A program made the translations under genes and the position numbers. From the NCBI GenBank assembly GCA_963807635.1, contig CAWEDJ010000016.1, forward strand, positions 21,199-85,198: a DNA stretch of 64,000 nt, in the 5' to 3' direction. Positions 11,148 to 22,042 of the stretch are shown in pieces. How positions within the stretch are numbered: the stretch's first letter is position 1; each line of letters starts with the position of its first letter. Under the pieces are notes generated by a model. The model searched no databases, was not told the origin of the DNA, and saw nothing but the letters and a program-made list of their open reading frames with translations. This DNA comes from an uncultured cyanobacterium. GTDB taxonomy: Bacteria; Cyanobacteriota; Cyanobacteriia; Cyanobacteriales; Microcystaceae.

Positions 11148-12517
11148 ATGCGTTACAACCCAATTCTCGATGTCGATTCCTATAAAGCCAGCCATTGGTT
11201 GCAATATCCCCCGAATACCACCGCGATGTATTCCTACCTAGAGAGCCGAGGCGGAAAGTATCCCGCAACCGTCTTTTTTGGACTGCAATATATTTTAAAA
11301 GAATATCTAACCCGTCCCATTGAATCTTGGATGGTCGACGAAGCTGTTTCCTTCTTTGCCGCACATGGAGTTCCCTTTAATGAAGCAGGTTGGCGTTATA
11401 TTGCAGAGGATCTCAACGGTCGTTTATCCATTCGCATTTCTGCTGTCCCCGAAGGAACCGTTGTCCCTGTTCATAACGTATTAATGACCATTGAATCCAC
11501 TGATCCTCAGACTTTTTGGCTGGTTTCCTGGTTAGAAACCTTATTACTCAGGGTTTGGTATCCCACCACCGTCGCAACCCAAAGCTGGTATCTGAAAAAA
11601 TTGATTTATCAATCCTTAGTCAAAACTGCCGATGATCCCGATGGAGAAATTTCCTTTAAACTCCACGATTTTGGAGCGAGAGGCGTATCAAGTTGCGAAT
11701 CTTCGGGCATTGGCGGTATGGCCCATTTGGTTAATTTCAGTGGATCGGATACGGTGCAGGGCGTAGTTTATGCCAATCATTACTACAATCACCCGATGGC
11801 GGCTTTTTCCATTCCTGCGGCGGAACATTCCACTATTACGGCTTGGGGAAAGGAAGGGGAAGCATTAGCCTATCAAAATATGCTGGATCAATTTGCCAAA
11901 CCTGACAGTTTAGTGGCGGTTGTTTCCGATTCCTATGACCTCTGGAATGCGGTGGATCATCTCTGGGGCGATCGCCTCCGTCAAGCCGTGATTGATTCGG
12001 GCGCAACGATTATTATCCGTCCCGATTCGGGGAATCCTACGGAAATAGTCGGTAAACTTTTGCAACGATTGGATCATCATTTTGGTAGTGTGATTAATCA
12101 AAAAGGATATAAAGTGCTGAACCATGTGCGAGTAATTCAGGGAGATGGAGTCAACGAAGCGAGTATGTCCGAAATTTTGGCGAATATTGAAAATTTGGGC
12201 TTTAGTGCGTCTAATCTAGCCTTTGGGATGGGGGCGCGTTATTACAAAAATTGAATCGTGATACCCAAAAATTTGCCATCAAATGTAGTGAAGTTACGGT
12301 CAATGGTAAGGCGATCGCGGTTTATAAAGATCCCATCACTGACCCAGGTAAAACCAGTAAAAAAGGACGGTTAGCCCTGATCAAAACAGAAGTAGGTTAC
12401 GAAACGGTTGCTTCTTCTGGGGATGATCAACTGGTCTGTGTCTATGAAAATGGACATATTTTGCAAGAGCAATCCTTTGAGGAAATTCGCCAACGAGCCT
12501 GGTCGTTTGCAGTGTGA
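11148..12517 (+). CDS. nadV: Nicotinamide phosphoribosyltransferase; apparent 1-nt frameshift in a G run at about 12230-12234
   Basis: DSYKASH, LHDFGARG, PAAEHST, VSDSYD, IRPDSG and IQGDG motifs; AFGMG(G)ALLQKLNRDTQKFAIKC restored across the shift. Confidence 0.93.
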
Positions 12518-12537
12518 TCCCCAAATAAGCGAAACTA

Positions 12538-12666
12538 CTCTATAGAGTCCATTTGGTATCTTTCTCACAACCTTGGCCCAGTATGGATTAGAGAGAATTA
12601 GCCAAAATGCCTGTAATTCTTATCAGCTAAGCGTTACAAGAGAGATACCAAATAGGTTCTATAGAG
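12538..12666. mobile_element. MITE with about 27 bp imperfect terminal inverted repeats
   Basis: Left end CTCTATAGAGTCCATTTGGTATCTTTC; reverse complement of right end CTCTATAGAACCTATTTGGTATCTCTC. Confidence 0.75.
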
Positions 12667-12728
12667 ATTCATCAATGGTCTCAAACTCACTTACATTAAT
12701 AACATTTATGAAAAGAGGTTTCTAAGCT

Positions 12729-12914
12729 ATGGCTTTTAAAGATGATGATGGACGGTTAAATAATTTTGCCAGGGAACCGAAAGTCTATCAGACCCAACCC
12801 CTGACTGAAAAGGAAAAACGTAATTATATTATTCTGGCGTTGATTACTGTCTTCTTAGTAGGCGGATTGATTACCGTTGCCATTTTTGCTTCCAGTGTGA
12901 CGACGGTGAGCTAG
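12729..12914 (+). CDS. psb34: Photosystem II assembly factor Psb34 (Ssl1498 family)
   Basis: DDGRLNNFAREPKVY followed by a single TM helix. Confidence 0.85.
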   Translation: MAFKDDDGRLNNFAREPKVYQTQPLTEKEKRNYIILALITVFLVGGLITVAIFASSVTTVS

Positions 12915-13034
12915 AGATTGCAAACTCTGATCCTCTGCTGAACTAAACAATAAGACCGATTCAATTTACCCGTGCGATCGCGACGACTCAAAATTCCCAC
13001 GCACCTTGAATTATCTCAATGCGTGGGTTTAAGC

Positions 13035-13529
13035 TTAAAGTTGACCGCAATCTGCAATCACCACTTTTGCTTTGGGTTTTCCTGAATCGCTTCCCAGCTT
13101 TTCTATAGTTGTGACAAGCTCTAATCCCTTGGTTACTTTTCCAAAAACAACGTGCTTGCCGTCTAGCCAACCACAGGGAACCGTACAGATAAAGAACTGA
13201 GAACCATTGGTATTTGGCCCTGCATTAGCCATTGAAAGAACCCCAGGCCCCGTATGCTTGAGTTTAAAGTTTTCATCCGCAAACTTATTTCCGTAGATAG
13301 ATTTACCACCTGTGCCATTATGATTGGTAAAATCTCCCCCCTGTAGCATAAATTGGGGGATAATACGGTGAAAACCACTATTTTTGTAGCCAAAACCTGC
13401 CTCTCCCGTACATAATTGACGAAAATTTTCGGCGGTATCAGGGACAACATCAGCAAAAAGTTCAAACTCGATACGACCACTCTCTTTACCATCAATGGTG
13501 ATATCAAAAAATACGGTCGGATTTGCCAT
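13035..13529 (-). CDS. Cyclophilin-type peptidyl-prolyl isomerase
   Basis: [41 protein letters not shown] and [10 protein letters not shown]. Confidence 0.97.
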   Translation of the reverse strand: MANPTVFFDITIDGKESGRIEFELFADVVPDTAENFRQLCTGEAGFGYKNSGFHRIIPQFMLQGGDFTNHNGTGGKSIYGNKFADENFKLKHTGPGVLSMANAGPNTNGSQFFICTVPCGWLDGKHVVFGKVTKGLELVTTIEKLGSDSGKPKAKVVIADCGQL

Positions 13530-13695
13530 CTCGAAAACTCCATTCGGTGAAATTAGGAATCTAAACATTGGGTTCTGAGATAATTAAACCCTGATTAATG
13601 ATCTTACCATTACCGCCGCAGTGGGATATTAGAGCTTCTATCTACGTCAACGTTTTCTAGCTTAAACCGTGAATCTAAAATAATTCCGACAAATC

Positions 13696-14552
13696 ATGAC
13701 AAGCAAATATTTAATTATTAATGGGGATGATTTTGGGTTCTCCTCTAGCGTCAATCAGGCCATTATTGAGTCCCATGAGCAGGGCATTTTAACGAGTACC
13801 AGCCTCATGGTCTCAGGACAAGCCTGTACAGAAGCGGTTAATTTAGCGAAAAATCATCCTGATTTGGGAGTGGGTTTGCATTTGGTTTTGGTTTGTGGCC
13901 AATTAGTCCTACCCCCTGAAGAAATTCCCCATTTAGTCGATCACGACGGAAATTTTTTAGATGATCCCGTCAAAGCAGGGTTAACTTACCAGTTTAATCG
14001 TGAGGCTAGGAAAGAGTTAGCCCTGGAAATTCGCGCCCAATTAGAAAAATTTCAGGAAACAGGGTTGCCGATGTCTCACCTAGATGGACACTTACATCTT
14101 CATGCCCATCCTGTTGTTTTGGGGATTATTAAAGATTTAGCGGCAGAATTTGACCTAAAAGTGCTTCGGCTCCCCTCTGAGGAATTAAATTTTACCCTCG
14201 CGATTGACCGCTCTGATTTTTGGACAAAATTTGTCTGGTTCCAGGTTTTTGGGCAACTGCGTCGGCATGGTGAGCGTTTATTTGAAAATACAGGGATGAT
14301 CATTCCCGATAAAGTCTATGGATTACTCGCAACGGGTAAAATAAGTGAGGATTATTTACTGCAACTAATTCCCAAAATTCAGACGGAAATCGCTGAAATC
14401 TATGCCCACCCCGATTGTTCTTCTCTCAGCAATCCCTCTGCCCGATGGAATTACAGACTCTTTTAAATCATCAAGTTCGTGATCGCATTCAAGGTTGCGG
14501 TTTTGAATTAATTAATTTTCATACATTTAAAAAACTTACAGTCAACGATTAA
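13696..14552 (+). CDS. hpnK: Hopanoid-associated deacetylase HpnK (YdjC/ChbG family); frameshift at about 14440
   Basis: LIINGDDFG, GLHLVL, HLDGHLHLH and EIYAHP; corrected tail GPMELQTLLNHQVRDRI..LINF. Confidence 0.82.
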
Positions 14553-14555
14553 ATT

Positions 14556-15383
14556 GTGAAAAATTTCTTCCTACTAGCTCTTTTAATTAGCACGCAAGTT
14601 TTAGGCGACATTGGGCTAAGTCGGGGAATGAAAGGTTTTGGTGCGGTCAATCCCTTAGACTTTGATAGTTTCTTGCCCCTAGGCTTGTACTTAATCACCA
14701 ATATCTGGATTTGGATCGGGCTGAGTTTTTTGGTTGTTTCTTTAGTATTATATCTAACCGCAATTTCTCGCCTAGACCTCAGTTTCGTTTTACCCATTCA
14801 TTCTTTTAGTTATGTTGTTAATGCGATTTTTGCAAGATTTTTATTAGGTGAACATGTATCAGGAATGCGCTGGTTAAGTACCTTTATTATTTGTTTTGGA
14901 GTGCTATTTATTGGTCTTAGTCAACAATTTTCAGATAAATCACTTGAGGAAACAAAAACTGTCACAAAAATTAAATCCAGAAATATTCCTTTATTTCTTC
15001 TCCCATTGGGTCTCTCTCTTTCTAAAACCTGGTTAGCTGTCATTATTCTTTCTCTCGCGGATTCGGCGGGTGATTTATTACTGGCATCAGGAATGAAAAA
15101 AATTGGTAAAATAGAAAGAATGAGTATCAAAGAGTCTTTAAAACTAACCTATAAAATTATCACTAATTCATCTATTTTAAGTGGAATAGCTTGTCAAGGA
15201 ATTGCTTTTTTTATGTTTATCGCAGTCTTGAGTTGGGCTGATATTAGCTTTGTTCGTCCTGCCACTGCCTTGACCTATTTATTTAGTATGATAGGCGCGC
15301 GATTGATACTCAGAGAAACTTTTACTAAGGAAAAATTAATGGGTATTACTTTAATTGGCATGGGGATTGTACTGCATCAGTAA
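14556..15383 (+). CDS. EamA/DMT-like transporter with two repeats, hopanoid cluster
   Basis: Two 4-TM repeats (LSFVLPI...LLGEHVS; ISFVRPA...ILRETF). Confidence 0.8.
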   Translation: MKNFFLLALLISTQVLGDIGLSRGMKGFGAVNPLDFDSFLPLGLYLITNIWIWIGLSFLVVSLVLYLTAISRLDLSFVLPIHSFSYVVNAIFARFLLGEHVSGMRWLSTFIICFGVLFIGLSQQFSDKSLEETKTVTKIKSRNIPLFLLPLGLSLSKTWLAVIILSLADSAGDLLLASGMKKIGKIERMSIKESLKLTYKIITNSSILSGIACQGIAFFMFIAVLSWADISFVRPATALTYLFSMIGARLILRETFTKEKLMGITLIGMGIVLHQ

Positions 15384-15406
15384 ATGATTAATAATTTCAA
15401 AAATTT

Positions 15407-16603
15407 GTGTATTTATCACGACTTACAATGGAAAAAATAAACATCATAAATTTTTTAATTCTCATATTTTCTATTCTCAGCATAGGGTCTATTGTTTATT
15501 ATCTTTATTCTTTGTATGCTACGGTTGTTTTTTTTAAGCAAAAGCAGGAAATTGATCCAGACTTTTCTGCTCCTCTCACAATTCTAAAACCTCTTTGTGG
15601 ATTAGATTGGGAAAGTTACACGGCTCTAACTTCCTTTTGTCAGCAGGATTATCCCCTATATCAAATTATCTTTTCAGTTCAAGATTCCCAAGATCCCAGT
15701 ATTGACATTGTCCAAAAAATACAACAGGATTTTCGTGATTTAGACATAGAACTAGTTATTCGCGATCGCGAAACGGCACTGGGCGATCGCGTCCTGGGCA
15801 TTAATCCTAAAATTAATAACCTTGCCAATGGAGCGACAAAAGCAAAATATCCGATTCTAGTGCTTTCTGATAGTGATATTCAAGTCGAAAAAGACTATTT
15901 AAAAACGATTATTCAACCTTTTGCTGACCCTTTAGTAGGGGTTGTTACTTGCTTATATAATTCCCTCACGGAAGGATTTTTGGCAGGTTTTGAAGCTCTT
16001 GATATTGCCTCTCAATTTTGTCCCAAGGTATTAACTGCTCGCCAATTGGAAGGCGTTAAATTTGCCTTTGGTTCAACCATTGCTATCCGTCAAGAAACCC
16101 TAGATAAAATCGGGGGATTTGCCAGCATTGGAGACTATTTAGCCGATGATTATCAATTGGGTTATTTACCGAGTCAAAATGGATATAAAGTTATTTTATC
16201 GCCCTATTTAGTAGAACATCGATTAGCAAATGTGACCTTCAATACATTTATCTATCGTCAAATTCGTTGGTTCAAATGTATCAGAATAGAGAGATTTTGG
16301 GGTTATGTCGGACTTATTTTTACCTATGGAATCATTAATAGTTTTGTATTATTATTACTGACTCAAGGTTCTCTTTTTGGATGGAGTATTTTTGGTTTAG
16401 TTTGGAATATTCGTTTTTTGACAGCTTATTTAATTACGATTAAATATTTGAAGGATTCTAACGCGAAGGAATTCTTTTTGTTAATTCCCCTACGAGATTT
16501 TGTTAGTTTTGGGATTTGGTGTTATAGTTTTATCGGAAATCAAGTCATCTGGCGAGACAAAACTTATCAATTATTACCGAATGGTCAACTCAGTCAATTA
16601 TAA
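15407..16603 (+). CDS. hpnI: Hopanoid glycosyltransferase HpnI (ceramide glucosyltransferase-like GT2/21)
   Basis: ILKPLCG, NPKINNL, SDSD, LADDY and RQIRW motifs. Confidence 0.88.
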   Translation: MYLSRLTMEKINIINFLILIFSILSIGSIVYYLYSLYATVVFFKQKQEIDPDFSAPLTILKPLCGLDWESYTALTSFCQQDYPLYQIIFSVQDSQDPSIDIVQKIQQDFRDLDIELVIRDRETALGDRVLGINPKINNLANGATKAKYPILVLSDSDIQVEKDYLKTIIQPFADPLVGVVTCLYNSLTEGFLAGFEALDIASQFCPKVLTARQLEGVKFAFGSTIAIRQETLDKIGGFASIGDYLADDYQLGYLPSQNGYKVILSPYLVEHRLANVTFNTFIYRQIRWFKCIRIERFWGYVGLIFTYGIINSFVLLLLTQGSLFGWSIFGLVWNIRFLTAYLITIKYLKDSNAKEFFLLIPLRDFVSFGIWCYSFIGNQVIWRDKTYQLLPNGQLSQL

Positions 16604-16634
16604 TTACTGATATTAACGACATTCTTTAGCCTTA

Positions 16635-17273
16635 ATGAAGGAGTTATTGAAAATGGTTCAAGTCTTACAAGCGAAAGAAGTCACCCTAAGAGATTTAATT
16701 AATCGCTTTGAACTACAATTTGTTGAAAGTGAGCAATTTTTCAGAGAATGGCAAGAAGATTTGGGGACAATTTCTAATCAAGAACAAGAATTATTAGATA
16801 AAATAAAAATGGGTTATTTTAACTTATTAAATTATCCTCCTTTTTTAGAAACATCGGTGAGGATGACGGTTTTAGATCCGTTATTATTTATTGGTAATTT
16901 CTATCTATCTCCTTTTCACATTAAAGCGGAAGAGTCGGTCGAAATTATTACGAACGATCAAGATTTGATCCTTAAAGGAAGGTTAGACACTTTAATTTTA
17001 AAAGATCAATTATGGGTAATGATTATTGAATCAAAACGAGTTATTTATTCCGTTGAAGCAGGGTTACCCCAATTATTAACTTATTTAATGGCTAATCCCC
17101 GTCAAAACCGAGCTAACTACGGAATGGTGACCAATGGCTCTGATTTTTTATTTGTTAAATTATTATGGGAAAGTAAGCCTTTATACGGAACATCTCGTTT
17201 ATTTTCGATGAGAAATCCAGGAGATTTATATGAAGTTCTCAAAATCCTTAAACATCTCTGTCAACTAATTTAA
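16635..17273 (+). CDS. Restriction endonuclease-like protein (type I R N-terminal-like PD-(D/E)XK)
   Basis: GRLDTLIL...IIESKR...PQLLTYL...GMVTNGSDF. Confidence 0.8.
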   Translation: MKELLKMVQVLQAKEVTLRDLINRFELQFVESEQFFREWQEDLGTISNQEQELLDKIKMGYFNLLNYPPFLETSVRMTVLDPLLFIGNFYLSPFHIKAEESVEIITNDQDLILKGRLDTLILKDQLWVMIIESKRVIYSVEAGLPQLLTYLMANPRQNRANYGMVTNGSDFLFVKLLWESKPLYGTSRLFSMRNPGDLYEVLKILKHLCQLI

Positions 17274-17392
17274 CTATGAAGATAGCAATATCTAGTATTA
17301 AGACTGTCCATCGTTCTGTCTGAAGTGTTAAGTTTCTATTTCTTTTTATGTTATAGTTTGCTCTGATAAGGATCGCATCAATTATTAACCCT

Positions 17393-18499
17393 ATGGCGAC
17401 AACAACTCCGACAAAACGACGTTCAATTTGGCAATTAGCCTGGGAAAGTTTACAAACAGGCGGCCCTTCCATGTGTCAATTTGCGATTACCAGTGCTTGC
17501 AATGCCCGTTGCGGTTTTTGTAATTTTGCAGTGGATAAAATGCCGAAGGAACAACAACGATTTGTTACCCTAGAGGAAGCGAAATCCGCCGCCGAAAATC
17601 TCTATCGCAATGGCATTTATTTTATGATTTATGTCGGGGGAGAACCGTTATTGCATCCTGATCTCAATGAAATGATTGCCCATGCGTCTAGTATCGGTAT
17701 GGCTCCCATGATTGTCACTAATGCGGGGCTTTTGACTCCCGATCGCATTAAACAATTAGCCGAAGCAGGTTTGGTCAGTGTGATTATTTCTATTGACGCG
17801 TCAGAGGTCGGTAAACATGAAGAAAATCGTGGTTTAAGGGGAGTCTGCGATCGCATTAAAATTGCCAATCAAGAATTTAAGAAATATAAAATCGGGACGA
17901 CCGCTTCTGTCACCATGAGCCGATTAATTGATGACTATCAAGCGTTACCACCTTTTTTAACAGAATTGGGTTTTGATAGTGTGACATTTTCCTACCCTTT
18001 AACAACTCTGGCTTCTTCCTATTTAGGATACGCTGAGTCCAATTTAGTTGACTATACACCCGAAGAATTGAACGAAAGATTTGAAGCAATTAAAGCCTTA
18101 AAACAGGAATTTCATGTCGTCAATCCAACTTCTTCCATTGAAGATATGCAACGACATTTGAGAAAAGAACCTGAACAATTTGGCTGTTTAGGCGGCTGGA
18201 AATTTTTCTATTTAGATTGGGAATTAAATTTATTTCGTTGTCATAATTGGGCAAAACCCCTATGTCATGTCAGTGAATTTGATGGTTCCCAACGAGTGCG
18301 AGATGGTTGTACGGCTTGCATGATGGATTGTTATCGGGATTCAAGTGTTATGCAACATATTGCGGTATCGGTCAGTGATGGTTTAAAATCCCTAGCCGCA
18401 GGAAATATTAATCAAGCTTTTCAAGATTGGTTTAATCAAAAAAATTGGCTTTCTTTAAAGTCAGTGATCGAAGAAGCCAAGTGGTTGCCTCGTTTATAA
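17393..18499 (+). CDS. Radical SAM protein with Cys-rich C-terminal (SPASM/twitch-like) domain
   Basis: CNARCGFC, GGEPLLH, TNAG and ISID; C-terminal CLGG...RCH...CTACMMDC. Confidence 0.88.
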   Translation: MATTTPTKRRSIWQLAWESLQTGGPSMCQFAITSACNARCGFCNFAVDKMPKEQQRFVTLEEAKSAAENLYRNGIYFMIYVGGEPLLHPDLNEMIAHASSIGMAPMIVTNAGLLTPDRIKQLAEAGLVSVIISIDASEVGKHEENRGLRGVCDRIKIANQEFKKYKIGTTASVTMSRLIDDYQALPPFLTELGFDSVTFSYPLTTLASSYLGYAESNLVDYTPEELNERFEAIKALKQEFHVVNPTSSIEDMQRHLRKEPEQFGCLGGWKFFYLDWELNLFRCHNWAKPLCHVSEFDGSQRVRDGCTACMMDCYRDSSVMQHIAVSVSDGLKSLAAGNINQAFQDWFNQKNWLSLKSVIEEAKWLPRL

Positions 18500-18534
18500 T
18501 GAATATCGAAGCAATGATTAATGCAGACCTGAAT

Positions 18535-19236
18535 TTAAACTGCCAAGAATTTTTGAATGACCTCCTGACTCAATTCACGGGTCGGGCCAGAAGCCACAAT
18601 TCCTCCTTTTTGCATTGCGTAATATTTATCCGCTTGACGAACAAAATGTAAATGTTGCTCAACTAATAAAACCGAAATTCCTGTTGCTTGAATAATTCGT
18701 TTGACTGCGGCTTCAATTTCTAAAATAATGGAGGGTTGAATGCCTTCTGTGGGTTCATCTAAGAGCAAAAGCTTGGGTTTTCCCATCAAGGCACGGGCGA
18801 TCGCCAATTGTTGTTGTTGACCGCCGCTCAAATCCCCACCCATACGGGATAACATGGTTTTAAGAACAGGAAATAGTTCAAAAATTTCATCGGGAATTGT
18901 GGCATTTTTTGGTCTGCCTGTAGGTCTGGCTTCTAATCCTAATAGTAGATTTTCCTTAACGGTTAATCGGGGGATTACATCTCGTCCTTGGGGAACATAA
19001 CCAATGCCTAATCTTGCTCGCTTATCTGTTGTCGTTGCGTTAATATTTTCCGCGCCGTAAACAATATTACCTGTGCGGGATTTGAGCAGTCCCATAATCG
19101 TTTTTAATAGGGTTGTTTTTCCTACTCCATTACGACCAATTAAACAGACCATTTCCCCTTCAGGAATAGTCATATCCACATTGCGCAGGATGTGGCTTTC
19201 TCCGTAATAGACATTGAGATTTGATAGTTGCAACAT
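18535..19236 (-). CDS. urtE: Urea ABC transporter ATPase UrtE
   Basis: GRNGVGKTT, LSGGQQQQLAIARAL and DEPTEGIQPSII. Confidence 0.95.
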   Translation of the reverse strand: MLQLSNLNVYYGESHILRNVDMTIPEGEMVCLIGRNGVGKTTLLKTIMGLLKSRTGNIVYGAENINATTTDKRARLGIGYVPQGRDVIPRLTVKENLLLGLEARPTGRPKNATIPDEIFELFPVLKTMLSRMGGDLSGGQQQQLAIARALMGKPKLLLLDEPTEGIQPSIILEIEAAVKRIIQATGISVLLVEQHLHFVRQADKYYAMQKGGIVASGPTRELSQEVIQKFLAV

Positions 19237-19292
19237 ATTTTTATTCAGGAATTTTTAGAATGATTGGGATTGCTTAAATTCAAAAAAGTTTG

Positions 19293-20417
19293 TTAATCAA
19301 CTTCGTTTTGAATCGTTTCGACAGTTTCAGGAGGCAATTCTAATAATTGAATTAAACGTTCATAGGTACTTAATTTCGTTGAAGTTTCTGAAGAGATATC
19401 CTTTTTAAAAATAGCTTGATAACTTACTTTTAAAATTAGTTTACGGTCTTCTAAATTATCAATTTCCGCGATCGCCGTTTGGAGATCAAGCTCTACTTCC
19501 TGTAGAAGATAATCCTTCAATTCCTGTTCTAATTTTGATCGATCTTCTGTCTTTTCGGCAAAAATTAGGCTTAATTGGTGAGCAATACTATCCATTTCTT
19601 CGGGTGATAATTCACCGTCTTCCAAGGCGATCGCTTGAATAATGCGTAAAATTTTCAACTGATGACCCGAAAGCGAACTTTCCTGCCCCAGATAAACCTC
19701 AATCACGCGGGGATCGCTCTGTACTTCATCCATTGTTCCTTCACAGAGAACGGAACCCTGGTGTAATACGGTGACTTTTCGCGCAATTTGCCTAACAAAT
19801 TCCATATCATGTTCAATCACGATAATCGAGTGACTTTCCGCCAAAGCCAGCAGTAATGCGCCCACATTTTCTGTTTCTTCATCGGTTAAACCCGCGACAG
19901 GTTCATCTACCAACAGCAAATCAGGTGATTGGGCGACTAACATCCCGATTTCTAGGCGTTGTTTTTCGCCATGAGAGAGGAGAGCGGCGGGAAAATTGGC
20001 TTTGGCAGTTAGACCAACGGTTTCTAATAATCCTGCGACGCTACGATTTTCAGCAGAGGATGCTTTACCAAAGAGGGTTGACCAGACATTTTTCTTGCCA
20101 TTAACGGCCAAATCTAAGTTTTCACTAACACTTAAGTTGAGATAAACACGGGGCGTTTGAAATTTTCGACCGATACCCAGACAAGAAATTTTATATTCAG
20201 GAATATTGCGGAGATTTTTGCCTTTAAATAGGACTCTTCCCTCGGTGGGCTGGACTTTTCCTGTAATAATATCCAGAAAGGTGGTTTTTCCCGCACCGTT
20301 AGGGCCAATAATGACCCGCAATTCCCCCGCATCCATACTAAAGTTCAGTTGATTTAGGGCTTTGAAGCCATCAAAACTGACGGTTAGATTTTCTATCTCT
20401 AGGATTTTTCCAGTCAT
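19293..20417 (-). CDS. urtD: Urea ABC transporter ATPase UrtD with a C-terminal TerB-like extension
   Basis: GPNGAGKTT, RKFQTP, LSHGEKQRLEIG, DEPVAG and VIEVYLG, then about 130 extra aa including AIALEDGELSPEE. Confidence 0.92.
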   Translation of the reverse strand: MTGKILEIENLTVSFDGFKALNQLNFSMDAGELRVIIGPNGAGKTTFLDIITGKVQPTEGRVLFKGKNLRNIPEYKISCLGIGRKFQTPRVYLNLSVSENLDLAVNGKKNVWSTLFGKASSAENRSVAGLLETVGLTAKANFPAALLSHGEKQRLEIGMLVAQSPDLLLVDEPVAGLTDEETENVGALLLALAESHSIIVIEHDMEFVRQIARKVTVLHQGSVLCEGTMDEVQSDPRVIEVYLGQESSLSGHQLKILRIIQAIALEDGELSPEEMDSIAHQLSLIFAEKTEDRSKLEQELKDYLLQEVELDLQTAIAEIDNLEDRKLILKVSYQAIFKKDISSETSTKLSTYERLIQLLELPPETVETIQNEVD

Positions 20418-20611
20418 TAGTTTTTTGTTAAGGCGGTTTTATTGAAAGAAAATATTTGTTTAATCTTACTGTATCTAGATTTATCGAATCGTTAATTCGG
20501 CTACAGAAGCTCTTTCTTGGAGGGGTAAACTGAAATTCTGCATTTCTATGACGCGATCACAATTTTTTCTGAGGTAAAGACAATAGAATCTTATAGCAAA
20601 AATCTGTACAA

Positions 20612-22042
20612 TCAATTTTGAGAAATAAAATTAATCATTCCATCTTCGGAAATTACAACTATTAATAACTCATGTTTTCCTTTCATAGATTCAGAATAAC
20701 GAATTGCAGAGTTATATCTAGATCCTCTCGAACTATCGCCTCCTTTTGCGGCTTGACCGTCTAAAATAACGCCAATAGCATGGCAATTGCCATCTGATGA
20801 TAATAATAACGAACCATCAATACTAGTTAATTCTTTGATGAGTTCAGCATTTAATTTTTTAGGAGTAATCTTAAAACATTGTCCTCCTAATCTATCTGCT
20901 TCGTCCTTGGCAGTATTAGTATCCAATATAACCAACATTGTTCCATGTTTCTGTTCGATAGCTTGTTCTAGAACTTCCCACAAATCATCCATATCTGATT
21001 GCTGAATATTGGTAAAAATATCTTCACAATAATTCTTAAATTCTAGTTTATCAATTCGTTTTTGTGGTAGTGAGGGTTGACCATTTTTAACTACTATGAT
21101 GGGTTTAGTATTTTTACATGGGTCAGAAGTCTTAATAGAATATCCAAGTTCCCACAGAAAATGTCCTTGAAAATTAATAACACACCAATTCTCTTGGGAA
21201 GATAAATTATCTTCTTCGGAACATGAATTAGAATCTTTTAATTTTCCAATTCCAATTCCATAAATATCAGAATCATCAGGTTTATTTTTTAAAGGCAGAT
21301 CTTGTAAAACCAAAAAATTATTTTTATTTGATAAATTCAAGAGTTTTCTTATTTTTCTATGTTCCGACAAAATTACTGGTGTCTCGAAATTAATAATCAT
21401 TTCAATATTTTCATTCCCCTGTTTTTTGGAAACATATACTATTTGACCAAAACATTCTTCACCTTCATGTGGCAATGTAGAAATAATATTAAAATCATCA
21501 AATAAACTACGTGGTATTGCTGTTTTACGCCAAATAATCTCTCTGGCTGTAGAGACAAGTGTTTCCTCAACGGGGAATAAAGATTTAATGCCTTCATTAC
21601 TGAAATCATTGTTGAGATAAGATAAAAAATATAAACTACTAATTCTTAAAAATCTACTAATTAATTCAGTTAAAAAATATTCATTATTGTCCAATTTATC
21701 ATCTTCGGCAAATTTCACAAAAATATAAAAAGAACAATTTTTTACATGAAGTGAAAATTTTTGAGTTGATGAGTATATTCTAAAATTAAATTCAGGGAAT
21801 TCATTTAGAAACTCTTGAGTCAGATTATTTTTTTTCTGCTTAAATACCGTCTCTATCTTCTCATTATTAGTAGAAGATTTAGTAACATTTTCAAAAATAA
21901 AATGTCCTTGTTCAATATCATATATAAAAACTTGAGGATTTAATACTGGAATTAATTTTTTATCTATTTTTTCAAACAATTCTTCTAAATAACATTGAAT
22001 TTCATCACAAAACGTTTTTAAATTTAATTGATCTATATTCAT
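20612..22042 (-). CDS. DisA_N/diadenylate-cyclase-like domain protein with a long N-terminal putative sensor region; low GC
   Basis: HGTMLVI, LTSIDGSLLL (DGA-like), GVILDG, SRGSRYNSA (RHR-like) and VVISEDG. Confidence 0.85.
   Translation of the reverse strand: MNIDQLNLKTFCDEIQCYLEELFEKIDKKLIPVLNPQVFIYDIEQGHFIFENVTKSSTNNEKIETVFKQKKNNLTQEFLNEFPEFNFRIYSSTQKFSLHVKNCSFYIFVKFAEDDKLDNNEYFLTELISRFLRISSLYFLSYLNNDFSNEGIKSLFPVEETLVSTAREIIWRKTAIPRSLFDDFNIISTLPHEGEECFGQIVYVSKKQGNENIEMIINFETPVILSEHRKIRKLLNLSNKNNFLVLQDLPLKNKPDDSDIYGIGIGKLKDSNSCSEEDNLSSQENWCVINFQGHFLWELGYSIKTSDPCKNTKPIIVVKNGQPSLPQKRIDKLEFKNYCEDIFTNIQQSDMDDLWEVLEQAIEQKHGTMLVILDTNTAKDEADRLGGQCFKITPKKLNAELIKELTSIDGSLLLSSDGNCHAIGVILDGQAAKGGDSSRGSRYNSAIRYSESMKGKHELLIVVISEDGMINFISQN

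Noticed and set aside
13035..13529. Eukaryote-derived cyclophilin A
   Set aside because: CypA-like cyclophilins are common in cyanobacteria and the composition is unremarkable
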